Made by a program: the position numbers and the translations under genes. 64,000 bases of DNA from Bacteroidales bacterium (GTDB lineage Bacteria; Bacteroidota; Bacteroidia; Bacteroidales; F082): NCBI GenBank assembly GCA_045648285.1, contig JAZRNQ010000170.1, positions 1,450 through 65,449 on the forward strand, written 5' to 3'. Below the pieces are notes generated by a model. The model was not told where the DNA came from. It was given only the letters and a program-made list of their open reading frames with translations, and ran no database searches. Shown one piece after another: positions 9,795 to 22,700 of the stretch. Within the stretch, counting starts at the first letter, position 1, and each line of letters starts with the position of its first letter.

Positions 9795-10769
9795 ATGACA
9801 ACAAACAATGATGATTTATCAAATAAAGATGTTGAAGTAAAAGAGCAACAACCTACGACGACTTATGCTGAATTATATGAAAAGCTCTATCCCAAACCTG
9901 ACACCGAACAGTTAAAAAAGAATGCTAAGCATGCGAGGACACGCAATATTATTGCAGCTCTCGGTGATGGTATTTCTGCAATAGCCAATCTGCACTATAC
10001 GACTAAAGGTGCACCTAACATGTATGACGGGAAAAGTACATTGACTGCCAAATCGCAAGCGAGATATGACAAGTTAATGCAAGATTATAAGGATAACCTT
10101 GACAAATACAAACAAGGACAGTTAAAAGCAGAGCAGCTTGACAAAGAGTGGAATCACAGAGCTGAACGGGAAAAAGTAGCCGATGATCATTGGGATAAAT
10201 CGCACCAGTTAGGTTTAGACAAATTTGAGTACCAGAAAGGACGTGATAAAGTAGCCGATGAGCATTGGGAAAAGGATTATACATATCGAGAAAATCGTGA
10301 TAATCAAAGTCAAGAAAACTGGGAAAAAACTTATGATTTGCAAAAACAAACCCAACAAGATAATAAACAATTCCGACAAGACCAAATTGACGCACAAAAT
10401 AGGCGTACGGAAGCTACAAGAGCTAAAGGTGTAAGAGGCAAGGAAACTGTATTCTCCGATGGCAAAGGCAATAATGTAATTATTTATGACAATGTATGGA
10501 AAGGTTCCAAACAATCAGTCATAAATGCATTGAGCGAGGACCCTCAATTTCAAGATAATCACACCTTTAGTAGAATAACCGAAGGATACGCCACCAAAGA
10601 CGAAGTTGATAATTTCATAAATCAAAACTGGTACAAATCTGATAAGGCAAAAGCGATCATGCTTACTTTATCACAACTTGATCCTGCGACAATGACATCT
10701 GAGATAGATAACGATTCTAAAGAACTCAACTGGGGAAGTAGTAATAATAATCAAGATTTAGATTGGTAA
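9795..10769 (+). CDS. Phage protein with Trp-containing internal repeats
   Basis: In-frame ATG at 9795, preceded by ggagga and 5 nt after the previous stop. Repeats REKVADDHWDK / RDKVADEHWEK / NQSQENWEK. Its stop lies 1 nt before the giant ORF start. Confidence 0.55.
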   Translation: MTTNNDDLSNKDVEVKEQQPTTTYAELYEKLYPKPDTEQLKKNAKHARTRNIIAALGDGISAIANLHYTTKGAPNMYDGKSTLTAKSQARYDKLMQDYKDNLDKYKQGQLKAEQLDKEWNHRAEREKVADDHWDKSHQLGLDKFEYQKGRDKVADEHWEKDYTYRENRDNQSQENWEKTYDLQKQTQQDNKQFRQDQIDAQNRRTEATRAKGVRGKETVFSDGKGNNVIIYDNVWKGSKQSVINALSEDPQFQDNHTFSRITEGYATKDEVDNFINQNWYKSDKAKAIMLTLSQLDPATMTSEIDNDSKELNWGSSNNNQDLDW

Positions 10770-10770
10770 T

Positions 10771-13700
10771 ATGAATGAGATAGAAGTAAAGAAATTGTAC
10801 AACGCTTTAATCCAAAAAGGCTATACCATTGACCAGATAGGTAATGAAAACACTTTCTTAAACAATATGAATGATGAAAACAAACGTAGGGATTTATACG
10901 AATATGTTTCATCTAAAGGTAATTTTAAAATAGGTGATTATGATACATACGAAAGTCGTTTGACATCATCTATAGAACAAACAACAGACACTATCGCTCA
11001 ACCTTCCAATCCTGTGGAGGATGTGAAGCAGGTCTACACTCCTAAATACACACCTCGTACTGAAGAAGTTAAGGAAATTGACATGATTACAGGGCATAAA
11101 ACTGAGTATGCTACAGGTTTTGGACAAGGTTTTAGGCAAGGTATAAAAGGTCTTGGTCATGGCATTCAACATTTCGGAGGTGAAGTATTGAATCTTTTTA
11201 CAGGCAGCACTATTGACGAAGAAAAGGCACTTGAACGAATTGCCGAACTTGAACTTGATGGTATTGATATAGAATCTGCCATCGCACCTTTGGATAAGGT
11301 ACAGAGACAGGTCTATGAAACCACGCTAAGTAATGGTGATGTGCAATTATCAGGCATTACTGACGAACAAAAGCAATATGCTCAAATGGCCTTGGAAAAA
11401 GACGCCATTAACAAAACCATCAGAGAGTATATTGAGAAAGCTGGCAGTCTTGAAGAAGCAAAATCAATGCTTGCTGAGAGAGCTAATGAAGAGACACAAG
11501 GAGATAAATGGATAAAGCAAGCCGCTAAAGGACTCGCAGAGCTTAAACCGACAAAAGGTTTTGGAGCATGGGTCGGAAATCTCGCACCTCAAATGATACC
11601 AGCAGCTGTTTCTATTGGTGTAGGTGCTGTTACAAAAAGTCCTACATTAACCAAAGGAGTCGGCATGGTTGGTATGGGAACAATGACTGTTTCAACAGCA
11701 GGTATGTCTATGAACGAAGCAAGAGAAGCTGGTGCTACAGGATTGCAGACATGGGCAGTCGGTATTGCTGATGGTGCCATTGAGTTTGTATCTGAAAAAA
11801 TTCCATTCAACAGATACACATCAAGACTTCTGTCTGGAGTAAAGAAAAATGCAAGTAATCAACTTGCGGATGCTGTCACCAGTTCCCCACAAGTCCGTAA
11901 TGAATTGGAAAGATTGTTACAGGAAGCCAACAAAAAACTTGGCGGCAAACTCTTCAACGGCAAGAATGTAAAAGATTTTGTAGGCGACATTATCGCTGAA
12001 GGTGCGTCGGAATTTACAGCGGAAGCATTACAGACCATAACACCTTTGATATATGAAAATCCTGAAGACTACCCTACTATCGGAGAAATACTCCGTAATG
12101 GATGGGAAGGAGCAAAAGCAGGTATATTCATGGGTTCTGTTCTCGGTGGCGCTTCAAAGACCATGGAGCATTACCAGCAAAGAAACCGTCGCAAAGAACA
12201 AGGTTTTGTTGATATTGTAGAATTTGAAACTGAAGATGGATACAAGATTGGTGAATCTTTAGGAATGACAGACAGAGGTGTTGCAGTGATTACTGACGGT
12301 AAAATCCAATATGTAATACCAGAAGACATTATCTATGATCATAAATTCTCATTCGAAGAATTCGACAGAGCTGAATTGCAGATGGAGAATGAAGAATCGT
12401 TCGACAATGGTTACTCCCTCAGTGAGCAGCAGGAAATGAACGATGCCCAAAACATGCTTAAAGTCAAAAAAGCAGAAATGATCCATACATTCGGTTTTAC
12501 TGATGAATCTGACATCGAAGCATTCCTCGGTGAAAATCCTATCGAGACTGTCGCACAAAGAAGACAGAATGGAGAAAGTGAAGAAAGCACACAGACTATC
12601 ATTGACTATCTCAACGCCAAAGCAACATACGACGGCATGTCACAGCGTGTCAGTGACGACATTGACGGACAAATAGAGCAAAGCAATGCGCTCATCGATT
12701 CTCATACAAACAAGCATACAGGCAAGATTCACGGAGCTGTATCTAAAGAAGACGGCAGACTTGTTTATATCGTCTCAGGCAATGTCGTTCCTTATCAAGA
12801 TGGTTCAGGCATCGACTTGCAGAATTCGGACGAAAACATCATCATCAGAGATGCTGAGACTGGAGAATTGAAACAGATGTCACCTGAGTTCCTTTCTTCC
12901 TTATACGACACACAAGACCCTAACGAGCAGAAGGAAATCAACGCCCAGCAGATAAGAGAAAAGATTCTTTCAGAAGAAAGCAACAAGATTGACGGTGTCG
13001 TTGACTTCAACGACAAGGAGCAGTTCCTTAACGAAGTTGCAAACAAGATTGCCATTACAATAATACTCGCACAAAGAGGCCTTGACGCAGATTACATCAA
13101 GACATTCCTTGGCAATGCTCAGATTGTCGAGAATCCTGACGGAACACTGACTTTCACTGACGGACAGAACGAAGTCGTTGTACCTAAACAGGAAATACAG
13201 CAGCAGGTTGACGCTAACAACATGCAACGTGCCGTTGACTTCAACGACAAGGCTAAAGAAATGCGCAATGCCATCCAACAGGCAACAGCAGCAACAGCAA
13301 CTCTTTCTTATGGAATGGGAGACAATGTTTCATTAAGAGACACTGACGGCAATATCATCAACGGAACTATATCTATGATAGAAGACGACACTTATGTCAT
13401 AGATTACAGCGACAATAACGGCACATGGCATACTCTTGATCTGACCAAACAGCAGCTTGACGATATGGCCGTTGAGCGCAACGAAACAGGAGTAAATGAC
13501 GAACCGGTTACGGAATTGTCACCGGTTGACATGAATAATGATAACACTATAACTGAACAATCTACCACTGACGAAGGAGATTTAACGCTACAATCTACCA
13601 TTGACGAGAATATTCCAACAACTCAGACTGTCACTCCATATATTCCTAAAGACGAATCCGGCAATCCTATTTACGAGCAGGCTGACAGCGAAACGGCTTG

Positions 13701-16700
13701 GGACGCTCTTATGGAAGATGCTGAAGGCGACGAAATAATGGCTGGCGAAGTTGCCAAATCAATGATCGCTGACAAAGAAGCGGAACTCAAGAAACTTGAA
13801 AAGAGCAAAATCAAGGAAGGCAAGACTCCTGCCGAGAAAATGGCAGCTCTTAAAGAACGTAAAGCTGAAGTTGAAAAAATCAAGCAAGATATCGAAGCAT
13901 GGAAGAAAATTGCGGCAGTTCCTATCCATAGACAGATTGCACAGCAGGAACGCATACGTCAGGAAGAAGCAGAAGCAGCCGCACAACGCAAAGCTGATGA
14001 AGAACGTTTGTTGGCTGAACGTAAAGAAGCTGAACGCAAGGAACAAGAAAAGCTCAACGGCATTCCTGACTATTCAGAAGATACTCCGCAGAACGCCCGT
14101 GCAAGAGGCTACAGACGTGTGAATGGCCATATAGAAGAACGCCAGCAACCAATAGAAACGATACAAGGCAAGGAAACAGAAATCGAGTTCAGCAACGATG
14201 CAAGACCTAAAGGTCATTATGCCGTGATAGACGCTTCTCAACTCCAGCCAAGCCACATTCAAGGCAACCGCAATCCTTTGCACTTCCTTGACGAAGCACA
14301 GCCGAAGGAACGCAACGACAAGGCAAGCATCGTTTCCGCACAGAAGATTGCAGGCAACATCAGACCGGCAACAATCACTACAGGAGAGACTGCATACGTC
14401 GGCACTCCTACTGTCAATACCCGTGGAGAGGTTATCCAAGGCAACAGCAGAAGCGACGCATTGAAACTTATGTACGGCAATCATAATGACCAAGCACAGA
14501 CTTACAAGCAATACCTTATGGACAAAGCAGAGCAGTTCGGATTGAATCCAGAAGATGTTTCCAATATGGAAAGTCCTGTTCTCGTCCGTATGCTTGATAT
14601 CAATGATGAGCAGGCAATCACACTCGGACAATATGTGGCGCAAGACACCGAAAGCGGTGGTATAGAACGTATCAAGCCAAAGAACGCAGTCAAGAAGATG
14701 GGTGAAGACATAGGTTCTTTTGCAAATATTTTGTTAAAGAGCAACGACGAAGACGTATCTTTTGCTGAGCTTTTGGACCAGAATGGTGTCGAGGTGCTTA
14801 AATGGATGGCTCAGAAAAGCTACATCACTCCTACTCAATATAACAGTCAATTCGACACAAAGGGAAGTCTTACAGCAGAAGCAAAGAACGACCTTCGTGG
14901 CATTATGTACCAAAGCATATTTGAAGGCGGGAACACACGTCTCGAAGAGATGTTCAACGCCTTGCCTGCAAAGGCACAGAAAGCCATACTTGCTACAGCT
15001 CACAGAGACTTCAACAGTCCGAATAGCGAACGCATGATTGAGGAAATACAGGACTCTATCCGTGCTTTCTATGCGCTTATGCAAGACGAACAGTTTGCTC
15101 AGGCAAAGAATTTAAAAGATGCAACAAAGGCTGTAGAAGCATGGCAAAAGCAATATCAGATGGACGATGTTACTGGAGAAGGATATCTTCCTTCTGAAAA
15201 ATTTAGTAACTTTGCATTGCACTTGGCGAAGCTGTATAAGGGTGAAAAACAATCAAACATCCAAGGTGTATTCGCTGAATTATACGACCTTATCCAAGGG
15301 ACCAAAGAAGATAATCTGTTTGAGCAAGCAGACAAGACACCTCGCACGCTCGTACAGGCAATTAAGGAAGTTTTAAATATAGATTATAATGGACAACGGA
15401 GAAATAATGTATTGGGTGGCGATAATAAAACAAGCCAACAAGGGCAACACGGACGCACAGGAGATGTTGCAAGCAGAGAACGAACTGAGAGCGGAGAACA
15501 ATCTGCCAACGATTCAGGAAGAACTGATGAAGATAGTGGAAGCTCAGCCTTTGAAACTAATAGACAGACTGAAAATGAGAGCGGAGATATTAGGACCGCA
15601 CAAACCGTACATCAATCCAGATCCGAACGAGAAGGACTTGAACAAAATCTTGATGGAAGACGGCAAACAGACGGCACAGGAATGGCTGATGACGCAGCCG
15701 GAATCATGGAGACCAGAAATGACCGAAGCGATATACGAGTGTTTGAAGAGGGGTTGGACGCTTCATACAATGAGTATTCAGAGCACAGCGAGAGAACTCG
15801 ACGCGCAGCGGAATCCGAAAGGCTGGTAAGCCTTGCCAAGCTGCACGGAATGTTTGTTCCTGCCGAAGTTATCAAGACTTTGACAGGTAAGCATCCAAAA
15901 CGCACAGGCGAGAGCTTTGTTTATATAGACAAAGAAGCAGGCAAGGTTACAAAGGTAAAAGACCCATATGCCAAAGCTGCTATTAAAAGCGGTGTTCAGC
16001 CAGAAGATGCTGCCTTTGAATACCTTGTACATAATCTCATATTCCCTGAAACAGCATATACATTTGAGGGTATCAGCGAAGATATGGGTGATGTTCGTAT
16101 TGTCTTATCACAAAGTTTCATTCAATCAAAAGGACATCCTACAAAAGAACAAATTGCCGAAGCACTTGCAGAACGTGGATTGTTCCCTGAAGACAAGTAC
16201 TCTTTTGGCAATGAGTTCGTGTCTGTAACCGATGTTGAAGGTGACAATGTTATCTTAGGCGAAGATGGCAACTTGTACTTCATTGACCCTATCATACGTT
16301 TCAAGAAGCCGTTGAAAGAGATTCTTGACAACTACAACAGAAACAATAACAGCACACTTGGCGAACAAATCAAATCAGCCGAAAAAGAAGTCAACACCTC
16401 TCCTACCGACAAACAGAAAGAAGCAGGCAATTACAAGAAAGGTCATGTTCAGATAGGAACATTCAACATTACCATAGAACAGCCTAAAGGTTCTGTGCGT
16501 AGCGGCGTGGACGCTAACGGCAGGAAATGGGAAACCACAATGCAGAACACCTATGGTTACATCCGTGGCACCGAAGGCGTGGACGGCGACCATATAGACG
16601 TATTCCTATCAGATGACATTGACGGATGGAACGGCAGCAAGGTGTTTGTCGTTGACCAGTATAACGAAGACGGCACTTTCGACGAACACAAGGTAATGCT

Positions 16701-19700
16701 TGGATTCAACACTATCGAAGAAGCCGAGTCCGCATATCTTGCCAACTACGAAAAAGGATGGGAAAAGAAACATAAGATTGTGGTCTCTCCTATCCATACC
16801 GAGAATTTTGAGAAATGGATAGAGTCCTCACATCGCAAAACTAAACCATTTGCGGAGTACAAGAGTGTGAAATCGGAAGAAAATCGTACAAAAAACAACG
16901 AAAATCGTACAAAATCCACGGAAAACAGCAGTAAAGTTGAGGAAAATTCGGTTAAAGATGAATCCAAAAATAAAACCATTGTCGAACAGTCAAAGAAACC
17001 TTCTTCCAAAATAGAAGACTTCGGAGAAAAGATCGGAGGTGCAAGAAAAGATGTAATCCGCAAATATGCCGACAAAATCAACGTCAACGGAACCACATTC
17101 GGTTCTATGTTCCCTAAACCTGACATCGACAAACTCATTGAAGCAGGTCTTCCTATCGACAGAGTCGCTGCATTGAAGTCCGTGTACGATAATGCAAAGC
17201 ACGAGTTTGAACGAAGCAAGAAGCATCGTGGCAAAGAAAGAGCATTGAGAGAAACAGTATTCTATGCCGTATTTGCGAAAGGAATATTATCTGGCAACGA
17301 GGACTTTGAACTACACCATGAAGGTCTCGTCTTTACAGAAGTCGGAGTAAAACTCGTGAAAGCAAATATTGCATTATATCAGGCGGTATTTGACAGATTG
17401 GGTGTTGAATACATCAAGACTGACCTAAGCGCATATGCAATCACTCCACTAACTGAAGAGACAAAGAAGAAACTGAATCTCAAGAGTCTAAATGAACATA
17501 ACGGAAAAATGCAGGAGTCGCTTGCCAAACGTAAAGGCACGGAACCGCCTGTATATAAAGATGGTGACTTAATCAACTTTATCGGAGAAAAATACTACAA
17601 TCCAAAAGACCAGTTCGAGACGCTTGAAGAGGCTATTGATACAATGGTAGAACGCATAGGAAAAGAAGTAAAAGTCGGAGAAGAAATCAAGCATACTCCT
17701 ATCTTGTATTGGAATGTAGATGCTCTTGGAAGAAAAGATTACTCCAAAATATTCATAGGCATCAAGGTTCACGGACACGGCATTGTTAAGCTTATGGAAT
17801 TCAAGTCAAGCAATGAAGCGAACAGTTGGATAGACGAACATGACTCCGACTTCCAACAGATGGCAGCTGCTAAAATAGAACAGCTCAAGTCCGACAAGAG
17901 CAAACCTTTGCCTAAATACCGTATCGACAACATATATGTCCGTGATAATAATGGTTCTATAGTGCGTTATGATGTATATGCGGACTTCGGTAAAGGCATA
18001 ATGCGTCCTCTCAAAAGTTTTGACATACCGGCAAAAGAAACATCTCAAGAAAGATTGAGAGCGCAAAGCGAAGTTTACAAGAATGAGGTGTTGCCATACA
18101 TGAATTCCGAAGAAGCAAAGCAGTCTGCTGACGAACATGCAAGACTCATACAGCAGGAGAAGGAATCCAAGAACAGAAACTACTCTACAGAAAGAAAGAG
18201 CCGTGAACGTGTCGGAAGAGACTGGAGAAACGGCAAGGACGCAACACCTGACATGTTTGTTGATATGGACGGTAACAAGTCCGTATTCGGATTCAGAGCT
18301 GTAGAGTTCGGTAACTATGTAACCAACAAGGAACGCCAGCAGTTCCTCAACGACATTTACGATGCGCTGATGGATATGAGTGATGTTCTTGGCGTATCAC
18401 CTCGTGCATTGTCACTTGGCGGACAACTTGCCATAGCAGTAGGCGCACGAGGCAAAAGTTCGGCATCAGGACATTATGAACCTGAAAAGAACGTCATTAA
18501 CCTTACCAAAACTAGCGGTTACGGCATACTTGCGCATGAGTGGCTCCATGCATTTGACAGATACTTCTCAAACTACAATCCTTCCGCCATCTATGTAGGC
18601 GGCGTTCAATACGCTACAAGCGAGGAATATAAAGACGATATGCGCCAGGAAGTCAAAGATGCATTTGCCGCATTAATGGATGTCATAAAGAAAAGCGACT
18701 ACTACAAACGTTCAATGATGCTCGGTGAATACTGGTCGTCTGATAAGGAACTTGCAGCACGAGCATTGCAGGACCATATCATACGCAAACTCAACGAAAG
18801 AGGTCAAAAGAATGAATTCCTTTCTAATCTCACCGCTACCGAAGACTGGGACGGCGAGGCTGAAAACTATCCATTCCCTCTTGGAGAAGAATCGGAACGT
18901 ATCGGCGAAGCGATAGACAATCTGTTCTCTGTCATAGAAGAAAAGGTTGACGAGAAAGGAAATACCGTCATGTACCAGAAAGGCAAACTTGTAATGGATG
19001 CCGAAAGCGAAGCGTTCAGACGTGCAACTGAAAGGACGATGAAGCAGCTTGAAAGCATCGGAATTGACGTTGAGATTGTTGAGGATGTTGCTATTATTGA
19101 AAAATTTGAAAATAGAGCAATTAGACCTAATTTTTCTCGCTCGGCAGGTATTTTCTATTCCAACGCAAAGAAAGCGGTGCTTGACATCAAGCAGGACAAG
19201 GCGACTCCGGAGCAATGGTTGAAGATGATTGAAAAGAACGGTGGACTTAAAGCAAGCGAGGATAGATGGCTTGGTCTTTCAGACTGGTTGAAAACACAAC
19301 AAAAAAGAAAGAATATTGATGTTCAATACGCAAAAGAGTATGATGGCGAAGCTAAACAAATAGCTCATGGAATCAAAGAGGGTGACATTTCTTCTATTGA
19401 TTTAGCTGCTGTAGAAATGGTAAAACTTGTAAAAGACGGAGATATATTGATACCTATCCCATCAAGAACAGGTAAAGCCACAACGACTCTTGCGTTGGCT
19501 AATAGAATCGCAGAATTAGCTGGCAAAGGAAAGGTTGCAGATGTATTGACTGGAAAGGAAAGAGAATCCTTATATAACATCAAAAAGGAAGGAAAAGAAT
19601 TACCTAAAGCGTCAGAACTTGAATTTGTCTTAAAAAATCAAGATGTCTTGAACGGCAACAACAGAGTAGTTTTTGTTGACAATGTAATGGGAACGGGAAC

Positions 19701-22700
19701 CACACTTGAAGCAGCTGTAGAACTTATTCCTAATGCTACTGCTCTGGTTTATGCAAAAGACAATTCTACACTATCCGATAAAAAGACTCTTACCAAAGAC
19801 GAAATCCTTAATTTTATAAACGAGAACTCTATACAGATTGAAGAGGTTGAATATGAAGAAAATCCAAGTTCGTTTGATGAATTAAAAGATGAATATGAAA
19901 GACTTCTTAGAGAAGAAGGGTATGATTATGCGCAGGAAGTCATGAGAGACCGTTATGGCGATGATTTCGATGTCGCTTTTGCTGATATGGGCGGAGAACT
20001 CGTAATAGACAATGAAGAAGCTGCAGCGACATTGCTTGGCAGTAACAATATCATCAACTCTACCCGACTTCAATACACCACCGAAGGTCTTGATAACAAG
20101 AAAGAAATTGCACTTGTCGTTCCTACTATAGAATCGTACAATAGTCATGACGAGATCCACTTCGGTGATGCCGGTGACGGTCGAGCTGTTGCATGGGTTA
20201 GATTCGGAGAGACTACGGACAGTGATGGCAAGCGTGTGCTTGTGATTGACGAGATTCAATCTAAGAGACATCAGGACGGAAGAGAAAAGGGATATAGAAA
20301 CGATAAGGTTTTGACCGCTCGTCTAGACGCATTGAAAGAAAGTGCAGCTAAAGTAGGAATGACATTCAATGCAGATGTTAGAGGTCGCTCACTTCAATTT
20401 CTTGACATGGAGGGAAATCCTATTGGGACAATAACCCGCAAGCCAACTGATGAACAAAGTGAAATAATGGCACAAGTAAGAAATGTGCTATTCACCAATG
20501 ACGGCGTCCCTTCTGCCCCATTTGAGAAGAATTGGCAAGAACTCGCCATGAAACGTATGCTACGCTATGCCGCTGAAAACGGATTTGATAAAGTGGCATG
20601 GACTACTGGAGAACAGCAGGCAGAGAGATATAGTCTCAGTAAAGCTGTAAAAAAAACAACTGTATCCGTTATGTCTGACAACACAAGAATGGTTACACTT
20701 GATTTCCGTCATGATGAAGGATATATGGACTTCAAGCAGATGCGTGTTGATGAAAAAGGCACTATCATAGGAGGTGACTTTACAGGTTCACAGTTATCAG
20801 ATATTGTCGGAAAAGAGTTCGCAATCAAGATAATGAGTGTAGAAGCAGAAAGAGAGACATTTACTGACAATGATTTAAGAATCGGAGGTGAAGGCATGAA
20901 AGGATTCTATGACAAGATCCTTCCTTCTTTCGTAAGCAAATACACCAAGAAATGGGGCGGTAAAGTCGAAGAGACCGAATTGCCTGAAACAGGTTTGAGC
21001 ATGCATTCCGTTGATGTCACGCCTCAGATGAAGGAAGATGTCATGAAAGGACAGCCGATGTTCCATAAAGGTCAGATGTCTTTTGATTTCTTGAATCAAC
21101 AAAATACACCTTTATCTGATACAAGACTGCGTAAACTTGAAGAAGGTGAAACAAGTAAAATCGAGAGAATCTTTACTGAAAACAAGAACTTTGATTTCAC
21201 TTCAGGCGAAAAGATTGAATCTATTGATGATGTCGCATTTATCTTCAAACAACTGGAAGATGAAAGCATTGAGAATTCATTCGCCGTATTGGTAAAAGAC
21301 GGCAAACCTACAGTCATACATCTCGGTATGGGGTCATACACAGCAACAGGATTGAACGGATCCGCACTCAATGTAGCTGTAGAACGCATACAACCTGACA
21401 AGATTTATTTCATACACAACCATCCTTCAGGCAATCTAACCGCTTCTCGTCAAGATATAGAGCTCTTGAACAGATTGAAAAGCACCTACGGAGATATTTT
21501 TGAAGACGGTATCATTATAAATCTCCGCTCGGGCAAGTTCGCAACATTTAACGCTGAGGAAAAAAACATACATGATGAGAAAAACATCGACAACGCTGTA
21601 CCTGTAAAAGTGTATTCTTTCAATAAGCAAGTATTTGAAAAGAATTATGATCCAGCAGAGACTTTCAAAATAAGGAGTTCATCTGACGTGGCAAAATTTA
21701 TATCTTCACATAGATTGGGCGAAAGACCTAAATTGGGCATACTTGTCTGCAATAATCAGCTCGGAGTCGTTGGCAATGTGTTTACACCATACACTAAGGT
21801 AACCAAAGAAAATGCAAAAGATATTGCAAAAGATATCGTTTACTATACCACTTCTATGGGCGGTACATGTGCTATGATGTTCGGAAATGCCAATATATAT
21901 GAAGTTGGAAGTAAACGTATATCACAACACGTTGAAGATATTTCTACTGGATCCATTAAATTGATGGATTATCTCAATATGCAGAAAGACGGTTCCTATT
22001 GGAGTGCTTCTGATGAAGGAGTCAGTTTCATGCGTACTTCAAGCGGAACAATATACGGATGGACCGTTGACGGCAAGGTCTATCTTACTAAAGACGGTAT
22101 CAACCCGAACACTCCTGTTCATGAATACAGTCACTTATGGGCAGAAGCATTGATGAAAAACAATCCTTTTCTATGGAGTCGTATCGTCAATGGTCTAAAA
22201 GACACTCCTGTATGGAACGAAGTGATGTTGGATGAAGAATATTCAAGCATTCATCATAACGACAATCTCGTTGCAAGTGAAGTGCTGTCCCGTCTTAGCG
22301 GAACAGAGAACTATCGCCGTACTATGGAAGAAGCACAAAGAGAGATTGAATCTGAAAAAGGCATATTCGCAAAGGCAGAGAAGATTACTATTTGGGAACG
22401 TGTAAAGCAAGCATTGAAGGACTTTTGGAACTGGGTCGTCAAGACCTACGGCACAAATAACATCACTCCTGAAGAAGCTGTCAATATGACCTTGAAGGAC
22501 TTCTGGAACGGAGTAAAACCGAAAGGTGCAAGAAGCATTGAAGCTGCCAGCGATATCGCTAATGCAGAAGAAGACGATGAAGTTTTATATAGAAGTGATA
22601 ATGAAGATAGTTTAAATAAAAATAAAGTTAATTATCCAGCTCAACGCAGACAGATGGTTGAGCATGCAGAAAATCTTGCAAAGAGACTGCATCTTGACAA

